DNA of 64,000 nucleotides, from the NCBI GenBank assembly GCA_964588795.1, contig CAZPQN010000010.1, positions 1,148 to 65,147 of the forward strand, read 5' to 3'. This stretch comes from an uncultured bacterium (GTDB taxonomy: Bacteria; Fidelibacterota; UBA2242). Both the position numbers and the translations under genes were made by a program. Under the pieces are notes generated by a model. That model saw nothing but the letters and a program-made list of their open reading frames with translations. It made no database searches and was not told the DNA's origin. This document shows, piece by piece, positions 9,757 through 18,371 of the stretch. Within the stretch, counting starts at the first letter, position 1. Each line of letters opens with the position of its first letter.

Positions 9757-10115
9757 ATGAAGATTAGCTGTTGCGTTGACTGTGTGGAGCAGTAAAAGTG
9801 CCGGACGGCCCGGCAGGCTCTGTTGATGCTGACCTCCAACACAGTCGAGTTCCATCCCGACAAACCGCGCCGGCGGCTTCCGGATATGCTGGGAAACAAC
9901 AGATATAATTGATTTTCAAACAACTTGGTTTTCGGAAAAACGTGGCGGAATTTACGACCGGCGAAGGTATTTGACAAGCATCATGCATTTCCAGCGGTGA
10001 AAAGACTCAGGGCGTGACCAACTCTTATAACACCATTGGTGCAGAGCGGTGGATTTGCTTCTGAGCGCAAATTGGGATAAATTTTTGTGGAAATTTGAGT
10101 TGACGAGGAAATGAC

Positions 10116-11255
10116 TTGCGCCGGCTAAAGAAATTCGGGGCACTGTTGCGCAAAGGCAATACGCGCCTGATGCTGTTGTTTGCAGTTCTGATTATGACTG
10201 CATCGAGCATCGTGTTGTATTTCGAGCGCGCGCAGAACAGCAGTCTGTATGGTGATCTTTGGGATTCGATCTGGTGGACCTTAGTGACGGTCTTTACCGT
10301 AGGGTACGGCGATATTTTTCCCCGCAGTACCGGGGGGCGCCTGGTCGGCATCATTATCATGTTCATGGGGGTTTCCATGATCTCATTGATTACCGCGACT
10401 ATTTCCTCTATATTTGTCGCCAAGAAAATCAGGGAGGGTCAGGGTTTGGAATCCTTTGACTACGAAGATCACATTATTATCTGCGGCTGGAACAACCGTA
10501 CCGAGCCGTTGATGGACACGATGTTCACCTTGTCGCGTCAGGGGCTGCAGATCGTCTTGGTCAATGAATTGCCCGAGGCGGAAATCAATTCCATTCTCGA
10601 TAAATTCGCCAAGCGCCGGGTCAAATTCATCCGCGGTGACTATACCCGCACAGCTCCGTTGGAACGCGCCAATATCAAACGTGCCGCGCATGTCATTCTC
10701 GTCCCTAATCTGGTTCAGTACGATGCGACCGATGCCGATGAAAAGACCGTACTGGCGACCCTGAACATCAAATCCAGCTACCCCAAAGTGCGGGTCATCG
10801 CCTTTATTTTAAATCCGGACAATGAAGTGCACGTCAAACGCGCCAAGGCAGATGATGTCATCGTCAGCGACCGTTTCGCCGATTACTTCATCGCTAGCAA
10901 TATTCTCCAACCCGGTCTGCCCAAGGTTTTCGACCAAATTCTCGATCCCAAAACTCAAAATAACCTCAATCTCGAGAATATCCCCGCCCGCTTCGTCGGA
11001 AAAAAATACACCGAGCTCTTTCAGCATTACCGCAGTCAGCACAAAGCCCTGCTGATAGGCCTGCTAACTCAGGTCGAATCCATCGGGCTGACCGACTTTC
11101 TGTCTTCGGATACCTCGCATATTGACGCCTTCATCGAACGCAAACTGCGCGAGGCCGGCAAAAGCATCGGCGAGGAAAATAAAATCTTAGTCAATTTGAA
11201 TCCTGACGACAATTACATCGTCCAGGCAAATGAAAAGGCTATTATACTCAGATGA
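10116..11255 (+). CDS. Two-TM potassium channel with a C-terminal RCK (TrkA-N/TrkA-C) gating domain; TTG start
   Basis: Selectivity filter TVGYGD between two TM helices, followed by a Rossmann-type RCK domain ('IIICGWNNRTEPL'). MthK-like architecture. Confidence 0.8.
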   Translation: MRRLKKFGALLRKGNTRLMLLFAVLIMTASSIVLYFERAQNSSLYGDLWDSIWWTLVTVFTVGYGDIFPRSTGGRLVGIIIMFMGVSMISLITATISSIFVAKKIREGQGLESFDYEDHIIICGWNNRTEPLMDTMFTLSRQGLQIVLVNELPEAEINSILDKFAKRRVKFIRGDYTRTAPLERANIKRAAHVILVPNLVQYDATDADEKTVLATLNIKSSYPKVRVIAFILNPDNEVHVKRAKADDVIVSDRFADYFIASNILQPGLPKVFDQILDPKTQNNLNLENIPARFVGKKYTELFQHYRSQHKALLIGLLTQVESIGLTDFLSSDTSHIDAFIERKLREAGKSIGEENKILVNLNPDDNYIVQANEKAIILR

Positions 11256-11779
11256 GTACTCTACGCGACAATCACTGTGACTCCACCAGCCTGAGTGAGT
11301 ATGAAATATTCGCCGGCTTAAATGGCGATCAGGTCAACTCCTTCTGCAAGCTTTTTCAGGTCATCGAGTATGAACCGGGCGAGGCCATCATCCAGGAGGG
11401 CGCCATCGGCAACTCCATCCTCATTTTACTGAACGGCCAAGTGGAAATCAGTCAGGCCCTGACTCTGAAAACCGACGCTTCCGGCGTAGATAGTCGTGAA
11501 AAGAGCCTGATTAAACTCTCGGCCGGCGCCCATCCGTTCTTCGGTGAAATGAGCCTGTTCAGCGATGATGATAAACGCACGGCAACGGTCAAGGCGATCG
11601 ACAAGTGCCTGATCGGAAGGCTTGACAGACAGGATTTCTTCGATACCTGCAATCGGCATCCGGAGATTGGCAACTTAGTCATGCAAAATATCGCCCGGGT
11701 GCTCAGCCGGCGTCTGAAACAAGTCAATCAGAATGTCCTTAAACTCACCACAGCCTTCAGTTTGCTGATAGAAAGATAA
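11252..11779 (+). CDS. Stand-alone cyclic-nucleotide-binding (CAP effector-type) domain protein
   Basis: cNMP-binding phosphate-binding cassette 'FGEMSLF...RTATVKA'. Its ATG overlaps the channel's TGA (ATGA), indicating translational coupling. Confidence 0.75.
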   Translation: MSTLRDNHCDSTSLSEYEIFAGLNGDQVNSFCKLFQVIEYEPGEAIIQEGAIGNSILILLNGQVEISQALTLKTDASGVDSREKSLIKLSAGAHPFFGEMSLFSDDDKRTATVKAIDKCLIGRLDRQDFFDTCNRHPEIGNLVMQNIARVLSRRLKQVNQNVLKLTTAFSLLIER

Positions 11780-11792
11780 GCGAGGATAACAA

Positions 11793-14456
11793 GTGCCGTT
11801 TGCCTTAGAAAAAATATATAATCCACGGGAAGTGGAGACTAGGTGGTATAAATACTGGTCAGAACGGAAATATTTTCACGCCGACCCGCATGCGCCGGGG
11901 AAACCTTTTGTCATCGTCATTCCACCGCCGAACGTGACGGGCATTCTGACCATGGGTCACGTTCTGAACAATACCATCCAGGACATCCTGACCCGCCATG
12001 CGCGGATGAAAGGCTTTGTAACGCTCTGGTTGCCCGGTACTGACCATGCCGGGATCGCCACCCAGAATGTCGTGGAGAAAAATTTAAGGGCCAAAGGACA
12101 GACGCGCCATGATCTCGGCCGCGAATCGTTCACCCAATTGGTCTGGGATTGGGCGCTCAAGCATAAATCAATCATCCTGCGCCAACTCCAGCGCCTCGGC
12201 TGTGCGTTAGACTGGGAGCGCGAGAGATTTACCCTGGACGAGGGCTTGTCCCGGGCGGTGCGCAGGGTCTTCGTCGAACTCTACCACAAAGGCCTGATTT
12301 ACCGCGGTCAGCGGATCATCAACTGGTGTCCCGGTTCGCAGACGGCGCTGTCTGATGAGGAAGTGATTCATAAAGAAATTCAGGGACACCTCTGGTATTT
12401 TCGTTACCCGTTTGAGGAAGGCAGTGGTCACATTACCGTCGCCACTACCCGACCGGAGACCATGCTGGGCGACACGGCCGTAGCGGTCAATCCCCAGGAT
12501 GATCGTTACCGTGACTATATTGGGAAAACGGTGCGCTTGCCCCTGGCCGAGCGTTTGATTCCCATCATCGCAGATGACTTTGTGGATCGTACTTTCGGCA
12601 CAGGCGCAGTGAAGGTGACTCCCGCTCACGATCCGAATGACTATGAAATCGCTCTGCGCCACCACCTGCCCCTGCTTAACATTCTCAATCCCGACGCGAC
12701 CATGAATGCCGATGCTGGGACTTTGGTTGTCGGTAAAGACCGCTTTGCCGCGCGCAAAATCGTGGTCGCCGAAATGGAACGCCGCGGTTTGTTGGAAAAA
12801 GTCCAGAATTACAGCCACTCTGTCGGATTTAGTCAGCGCGCCGATGTCATGGTCGAGCCGTACCTTTCGGAACAATGGTTCGTGCGGATGAAACCTCTGG
12901 CGGAGCCGGCCCTGCAGGTTGTCCTTGATAAAAAGATCAAATTTCATCCGGAACGCTGGGTCAAGGTATATACGCACTGGATGACCAATGTCCGTGATTG
13001 GTGCATCTCGCGGCAGCTCTGGTGGGGTCATCGCATCCCGGTTTTTTATTGCGACACCTGCGGCTGGAGCGACGCCCTGTTAGAAGATCCGGCGGACTGT
13101 CCAAAGTGTGGGGCACCAGTACGTCAGGAGGCTGATGTGCTGGATACGTGGTTCAGCTCCTGGCTCTGGCCGTTCTCGACCCTGGGCTGGCCGGAAGCGA
13201 CCCCTGATCTGCAAAAGTTTTATCCGACCGATGACCTCGTGACGGCGCCGGACATCATTTTCTTCTGGGTGGCGCGCATGATCATGGCCGGCTTGGAATT
13301 TCGCGGCGATATTCCTTTTAAAAATGTATACTTTACGGGGATCATCCGCGACATTCAGGGACGCAAGATGAGCAAATCGCTGGGCAACTCGCCCGATCCC
13401 CTGCAACTGATTGATCAGTACGGGGCGGATGCCCTGCGATTCGGCGTCATGCTCATCGCCCCGCAGGGTCAGGATATTCTATTCTCCGAAGAACGCTTGG
13501 AGGTCGGTCGCAATTTCATGAATAAGGTCTGGAACGCCGCCCGGTTTATCCTGATGAATCTGAATCAACCGGAGCTGCTGGAACGATCAGTCGAGTCCGT
13601 CCGGGAGTCTCTGGATCTGGCTGATAGCTGGATTCTCCACCGCCTGCAGCTGACCATCCATGCGGTCGACCGCAACCTGAAGAAATATCGTTTTGATGAG
13701 GTCGCCCGCCTCATTTACGACTTTATCTGGAGCGATTTCTGTGACTGGTACGTCGAACTGATCAAAGACCGTTTGTATCACAAGACCCCGCGCGAAAAAG
13801 AGACGGCGCTGGTGGTCGCGGTCCACGTCATGCGGGACTTCCTGAAACTTTTACACCCGTACGCTCCGTTTATTACCGAAGAAATTTATCAACATCTCAA
13901 GGGTCCGGCCGAGCCGGATATCATGGTCGCACCCTGGCCTAAAGCCGCTTTGAATGTTGGAAACGAAGCGGCCCTAACGACCTTCGCCCTGATTCAGGAA
14001 GTCATTGTGGCTTTGCGAACCGCCCGCAGTGAAATGAATATCCCACCCGCCACCGCGCTCAAATTAGTCGTGCGCGGTGCCAGCGCAACACCTACTACGG
14101 CACTTTTTCAGGACTCCACAGCGCTGGACTACATCCGGAATTTAGCCCGTGTGGCAACTGTCGCAATCACCCCAGACGCCGTGAAACCGCATTCCGCCGC
14201 CACCGTCGTTGTGCAGGGCGTGGAGATTTTTATTCCCTTAGAGGGACTGATTGATGTGCGCAGTGAGAGCGAACGGCTGGCCAAAGAAATTGCCCGACTG
14301 ACCAATTTCTTAAAAGCGGCCAGCGCCAAACTCACCAACGCCGAATTCCTGCACAAGGCCCCCAGGGATATTGTCCGACGCGAGCGGGAAAAGGAAACCG
14401 CGCTAAAAGAACAGCTGAACAAGCTGAAATCCAACCTGAAAACACTGGCAGAGTGA
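11793..14456 (+). CDS. valS: Valine--tRNA ligase
   Basis: 887 aa class I aaRS with a HIGH-type motif (TMGH), KMSKS, and the ValS C-terminal coiled coil. Confidence 0.95.
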   Translation: MPFALEKIYNPREVETRWYKYWSERKYFHADPHAPGKPFVIVIPPPNVTGILTMGHVLNNTIQDILTRHARMKGFVTLWLPGTDHAGIATQNVVEKNLRAKGQTRHDLGRESFTQLVWDWALKHKSIILRQLQRLGCALDWERERFTLDEGLSRAVRRVFVELYHKGLIYRGQRIINWCPGSQTALSDEEVIHKEIQGHLWYFRYPFEEGSGHITVATTRPETMLGDTAVAVNPQDDRYRDYIGKTVRLPLAERLIPIIADDFVDRTFGTGAVKVTPAHDPNDYEIALRHHLPLLNILNPDATMNADAGTLVVGKDRFAARKIVVAEMERRGLLEKVQNYSHSVGFSQRADVMVEPYLSEQWFVRMKPLAEPALQVVLDKKIKFHPERWVKVYTHWMTNVRDWCISRQLWWGHRIPVFYCDTCGWSDALLEDPADCPKCGAPVRQEADVLDTWFSSWLWPFSTLGWPEATPDLQKFYPTDDLVTAPDIIFFWVARMIMAGLEFRGDIPFKNVYFTGIIRDIQGRKMSKSLGNSPDPLQLIDQYGADALRFGVMLIAPQGQDILFSEERLEVGRNFMNKVWNAARFILMNLNQPELLERSVESVRESLDLADSWILHRLQLTIHAVDRNLKKYRFDEVARLIYDFIWSDFCDWYVELIKDRLYHKTPREKETALVVAVHVMRDFLKLLHPYAPFITEEIYQHLKGPAEPDIMVAPWPKAALNVGNEAALTTFALIQEVIVALRTARSEMNIPPATALKLVVRGASATPTTALFQDSTALDYIRNLARVATVAITPDAVKPHSAATVVVQGVEIFIPLEGLIDVRSESERLAKEIARLTNFLKAASAKLTNAEFLHKAPRDIVRREREKETALKEQLNKLKSNLKTLAE

Positions 14457-14524
14457 TGATGCTGGCATTTCGGGGCCTCCGCGACTACCCCGTATATCCC
14501 CTGCTTACATACAGGAGGATTAAG

Positions 14525-15892
14525 ATGTTCAAATTAAAAACCCTGGTCTTGCTTGGCGGAAGTGTATTGTTGTTGACGCAGGGCTGGGCGGCGGAACCCG
14601 CACCGCAGGTGACGGTCTACAATAAAGACCTGGCGGTCATTCGCCAGTACCGGACGTGGAGCGTGCCCCGCGGGGTTTCGGAACTCAATCTGGAAGGCGT
14701 TCCTTCCCGGGTTGATCCGACCAGTGTCAAACTGACTTTCCCCAAAGCCAGCGGCAAGGTCAAATTGTTAGAGCAGAACTATCTCTATGATTTAGTGAGC
14801 TCCCAGAAGATTTTCGAAAAGTATTTGGGACAAACGGTTATCTTCCGCTTTGAAAACGGCGGGGAGGTCCGTGGCAAACTGCTTAATGTTGACCAAGACG
14901 CTGTGGTGATCGAAACCACAACCGGCGGCCTGCAAATCGCGGCGGTCAGAACTATCCTGAATTATGATTTTCCCGCACTGCCGCAGGGATTGATCATCAG
15001 GCCGACCCTGAAGTGGCAGGTCGAGGCCGCCAGTACGGGTGCCGTGGAAGCCGAAATCGTTTTTCTGACCGGTGGCATGCAATGGCATGCGGAATATATC
15101 CTTGCCCTGAGTCGTAACGAAACCGACTTCGGCCTGAACTCGTGGGTTTCCCTGGAAAATAATTCCGGCGCTACTTATGAAAATGCAAAGGTCAGGGTCA
15201 TTGCCGGCGATGTTCATCGCGTGACGCGACCAGCCATTGCCCGCGATGTAGAAACCATGGAATATGCGGTCAGCGCCAAGGGTGCCTTTCAGGAACGAGA
15301 ACTGATGGATTACCACCTTTATGAGCTCCAGCGTCCCGTCACCCTCCGTGATCGGGAAATCAAGCAAATTGCCCTCTACGATGAACTGCGTGGCAAAGCC
15401 CGCAAGCTCTACGTGTTGGACAATTATCGTCAGGCAGAGAGCGAAAAACCATTGACAGTTTACCTGAAAATCGAAAACTCTGTCGCCAACGGTTTGGGTT
15501 TACCCTTGCCACTGGGCACCGTGCGGATTTTTCAGGAGGACGCCGATAATTCTCTGCAACTGGTCGGTGAGGATCGCCTGGAACACACCAGCGTCAATGA
15601 TACCCTCTGGCTGCAAACCGGCAATGCTTTCGATGTCAAGGGCAAAAGAATCGTCAGGGATTTGAGTCGTATCAAACCTAACAGCGAGCAGGCGACGATT
15701 GAGGTCGAGGTACGCAACGCTCGTAAGGTGCCGGTGGAGCTCGAAATCCGCGAGTACCTGGACGGTGACTGGTTTCTGAAATCGGCCTCGCATCCATCTA
15801 TACGGCGCAGTAACCGCCTGTTAGTATTTCCCCTGAGGCTGGAAGCCGGTCAGAAAACTGTGGTCACCTACACCTATCAGCGCAGTTGGTAA
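14525..15892 (+). CDS. DUF4140/DUF4139-family protein, exported
   Basis: Signal peptide after the internal Met (RBS CAGGAGGA upstream of 14525), then the DUF4140-like 'VTVYNKDLAVIRQYR' N-terminal domain. The longer ORF from 14453 would overlap valS. Confidence 0.55.
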   Translation: MFKLKTLVLLGGSVLLLTQGWAAEPAPQVTVYNKDLAVIRQYRTWSVPRGVSELNLEGVPSRVDPTSVKLTFPKASGKVKLLEQNYLYDLVSSQKIFEKYLGQTVIFRFENGGEVRGKLLNVDQDAVVIETTTGGLQIAAVRTILNYDFPALPQGLIIRPTLKWQVEAASTGAVEAEIVFLTGGMQWHAEYILALSRNETDFGLNSWVSLENNSGATYENAKVRVIAGDVHRVTRPAIARDVETMEYAVSAKGAFQERELMDYHLYELQRPVTLRDREIKQIALYDELRGKARKLYVLDNYRQAESEKPLTVYLKIENSVANGLGLPLPLGTVRIFQEDADNSLQLVGEDRLEHTSVNDTLWLQTGNAFDVKGKRIVRDLSRIKPNSEQATIEVEVRNARKVPVELEIREYLDGDWFLKSASHPSIRRSNRLLVFPLRLEAGQKTVVTYTYQRSW

Positions 15893-18009
15893 ACGCCAGG
15901 TCCTCCCAGCAAAGTATGACCATGCTCCAGCCCGATATGGCCGTCGCTTATGTAAAGGGCGTCGGGCCGAAACGTGCCGCAGCTCTTGACCAGCTTGAGA
16001 TCCACACTTTTCGCGACCTGCTTTATCATTTTCCGCGGCGCTACCTCGACCGTAGTACCATCACTTCCATCAGCCAGCTCCAGGTGGGCAGTGCAGCTAC
16101 TATCGTCGGTAAAGTAGTATCTCAGAACGCCGTTCGTTCTTTTCGCCGGGCATTCTTTCAGGTTGATATTCAAGATGCTTCCGGACGTCTGGCCTGTGTC
16201 TGGTTCAATGGCATCAATTATATTAAAAACGTTTTCCATCTTGGCGAAACCGTGGCCATGAGCGGCAAGGTCGAATATTTCAAAGGTCTGCGTTTTATTC
16301 ATCCCGATTATGATCGGCTGGAAAGTGGCGAATGGGATTTGACCCTGCATACCGCCCGGATCATCGCGCTTTACCCGTCCTCCGCCGAGCTGAAACAAGT
16401 GGGATTGGACAGCCGGGGATTCCGGCGCTTGTTGCGCCCGGTGTTCGAAAAGTGCACCTGGAGCCTGCCGGAAGTTTTACCGCCGGCGATCCTGAGTGAA
16501 TTGCGGCTGGCCGGGATTGATTCAGCCGTCCGTCAAATCCATTTTCCGGACAGTGCCAATGCACTCGAGCAGGCGCAGACCCGCTTCAAGTTTGAAGAAT
16601 TATTTTTTCTGCAACTGATGCTGGGGGTCCGGCGGGCAGGAGTCAAGACTGTGCTGAAACCGCATCAATACCGGGGTACTGGTGCACTGCTTAAAACCAT
16701 TTATACTAAATTGCCTTTCCAGCTCACCGCGGCCCAGAAACGGGCAGTGCACGAAATCTGGGATGACCTGAAAGCCCCGACGGTTATGAATCGACTTCTG
16801 CACGGTGACGTGGGTTCGGGCAAAACGGTCGTGGCGCTTCTCAGCGCGAGCATTGCCATCAGCAATGGCTTGCAGGTTGCCCTGATGGCTCCGACAGAAA
16901 TCCTGGCCGAACAGCATTTTCGGGTTCTGCGACAGTTGGGCGAACCCGCTGGCATCCGGGTACGCCTGTTGATTGGAGGCCAGAATAAGCGTGAACGGCA
17001 GGCAGTCCTGACGGAAATCGCTGAGGGGCAGGCGGAGCTGATCGTCGGTACGCATGCCCTGATCGAAGAAAATGTGCAGTTCCGCAACTTAGCCCTCGTA
17101 ATTATCGATGAACAGCATCGCTTCGGCGTACTCCAGCGCAGTCAGCTGATCGCCAAAGGCTGGCAACCAGATGTATTGATCATGACCGCCACACCCATAC
17201 CGCGTACGCTGAGTATGACGATTTACGGTGACATGGATATCTCGGTGCTCGACGAACTGCCCGCCCGCAAAGGGCGACTCCATACGCGCATCATCAACGA
17301 GGATCAGCTGGGCAAAGCCTACGCTTTCATCGCCCAGCAGGTGACTAAAGGCCATCAGGCCTACATCGTCTATCCGCTGATTGACGAATCGGCCAAGCTC
17401 GATCTCCAGGCCGCGATTCAGGGTTTTGAATACCTGCAGACCAGCGTATTTCCCCAGTTCAGGTTAGCCCTGTTGCATGGCGGCATGAAAACCACCGAAA
17501 AGGAAGCGGTCATGCAGGCTTTCAACCAGGGAACCGTCCACATTCTGGTGAGTACAACCGTCGTGGAAGTCGGTGTTGATAATCCCAATGCAGTCATCAT
17601 GCTAATCGAAAATGCCGAACGCTTCGGCCTGACCCAACTGCACCAGTTGCGCGGACGGGTAGGACGGGGCACGCAGGACGGCCTTTGTATCCTTGTGGAA
17701 CGGAAGCGCAGTGACTTGGCCCGGCAACGCCTGGAGGTCATTTCATCGACGGTCAATGGCTTTGAAATCTCGGAGTCCGACCTTAAATTACGCGGCCCTG
17801 GCGAGTTCTACGGAACCCGTCAGCATGGCTTTCCCAGGTTAAAACTGGCTGATTTGACAACCGATTTGGAATTGCTGAAACTGGCACGCCGCTCAGCGCA
17901 TGATCTCTTGAAAAACGATCCGCATCTGCGCAAACCGGAACATCAGCCTACCCGTCAGTTCCTTTTGGACAACTATCGCAAGTATATGGAATTCGCCAAC
18001 GTATTATAG
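15886..18009 (+). CDS. recG: ATP-dependent DNA helicase RecG
   Basis: N-terminal wedge/OB domain, Walker A (GDVGSGKT), DEQH box (IIDEQHRFG) and 'TATPIPRTL'. The true start may be an internal Met (15916-15937). Ends with TAG. Confidence 0.9.
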   Translation: MVNARSSQQSMTMLQPDMAVAYVKGVGPKRAAALDQLEIHTFRDLLYHFPRRYLDRSTITSISQLQVGSAATIVGKVVSQNAVRSFRRAFFQVDIQDASGRLACVWFNGINYIKNVFHLGETVAMSGKVEYFKGLRFIHPDYDRLESGEWDLTLHTARIIALYPSSAELKQVGLDSRGFRRLLRPVFEKCTWSLPEVLPPAILSELRLAGIDSAVRQIHFPDSANALEQAQTRFKFEELFFLQLMLGVRRAGVKTVLKPHQYRGTGALLKTIYTKLPFQLTAAQKRAVHEIWDDLKAPTVMNRLLHGDVGSGKTVVALLSASIAISNGLQVALMAPTEILAEQHFRVLRQLGEPAGIRVRLLIGGQNKRERQAVLTEIAEGQAELIVGTHALIEENVQFRNLALVIIDEQHRFGVLQRSQLIAKGWQPDVLIMTATPIPRTLSMTIYGDMDISVLDELPARKGRLHTRIINEDQLGKAYAFIAQQVTKGHQAYIVYPLIDESAKLDLQAAIQGFEYLQTSVFPQFRLALLHGGMKTTEKEAVMQAFNQGTVHILVSTTVVEVGVDNPNAVIMLIENAERFGLTQLHQLRGRVGRGTQDGLCILVERKRSDLARQRLEVISSTVNGFEISESDLKLRGPGEFYGTRQHGFPRLKLADLTTDLELLKLARRSAHDLLKNDPHLRKPEHQPTRQFLLDNYRKYMEFANVL

Positions 18010-18017
18010 AGAAATCA

Positions 18018-18353
18018 ATGGCTAACCAACCTGATCGCCCAAAAGTTTTATTTGTCTCGCTGGTGCAATCATTTATCACCAACACCTGGATTCATCTCGG
18101 CAAGGTCAAGCATCCCATGACCCAGAAAATTGCTGTGAATCTGGCCGAAGCCGCCAATTCCATTGATTTCCTGGAGATGATCAAACAAAAAACCAACGGC
18201 AATTTGGATGCGGACGAAAACCGCCTGTTGGAGCATGCCATCACCGAATTGAAGATGAATTTTCTGGAGGAAAAAGTCAAGTCCGAAAAACCATCCTCCA
18301 CTCCGGAAAAACCCGATACGTCCACCGCACCCCCCCAAGCCTCATCCGATTAA
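18018..18353 (+). CDS. DUF1844-family small protein
   Basis: About 110 aa with the conserved '...IDFLEMIKQKTNGNLDADENRLLEHAITELKMNF' core. Confidence 0.5.
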   Translation: MANQPDRPKVLFVSLVQSFITNTWIHLGKVKHPMTQKIAVNLAEAANSIDFLEMIKQKTNGNLDADENRLLEHAITELKMNFLEEKVKSEKPSSTPEKPDTSTAPPQASSD

Positions 18354-18371
18354 CTGTAAACAAGGAATTTT

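Noticed and set aside
9661-9855. N-terminal 65-aa extension of the prs ORF (MELDCVGGQH...)
   Set aside because: It overlaps a well-formed tRNA-Gln on the same strand and has no Prs homology. A canonical Prs N-terminus begins at ATG 9660.
12207-13031. 274-aa minus-strand ORF inside valS
   Set aside because: It is antisense to a highly conserved aaRS gene, as are other long antisense ORFs at 41004-41981, 47421-48107, 35659-36177, 34083-34631, 61210-61698 and 14792-15367. All are typical GC-rich shadow ORFs with no recognisable motifs.
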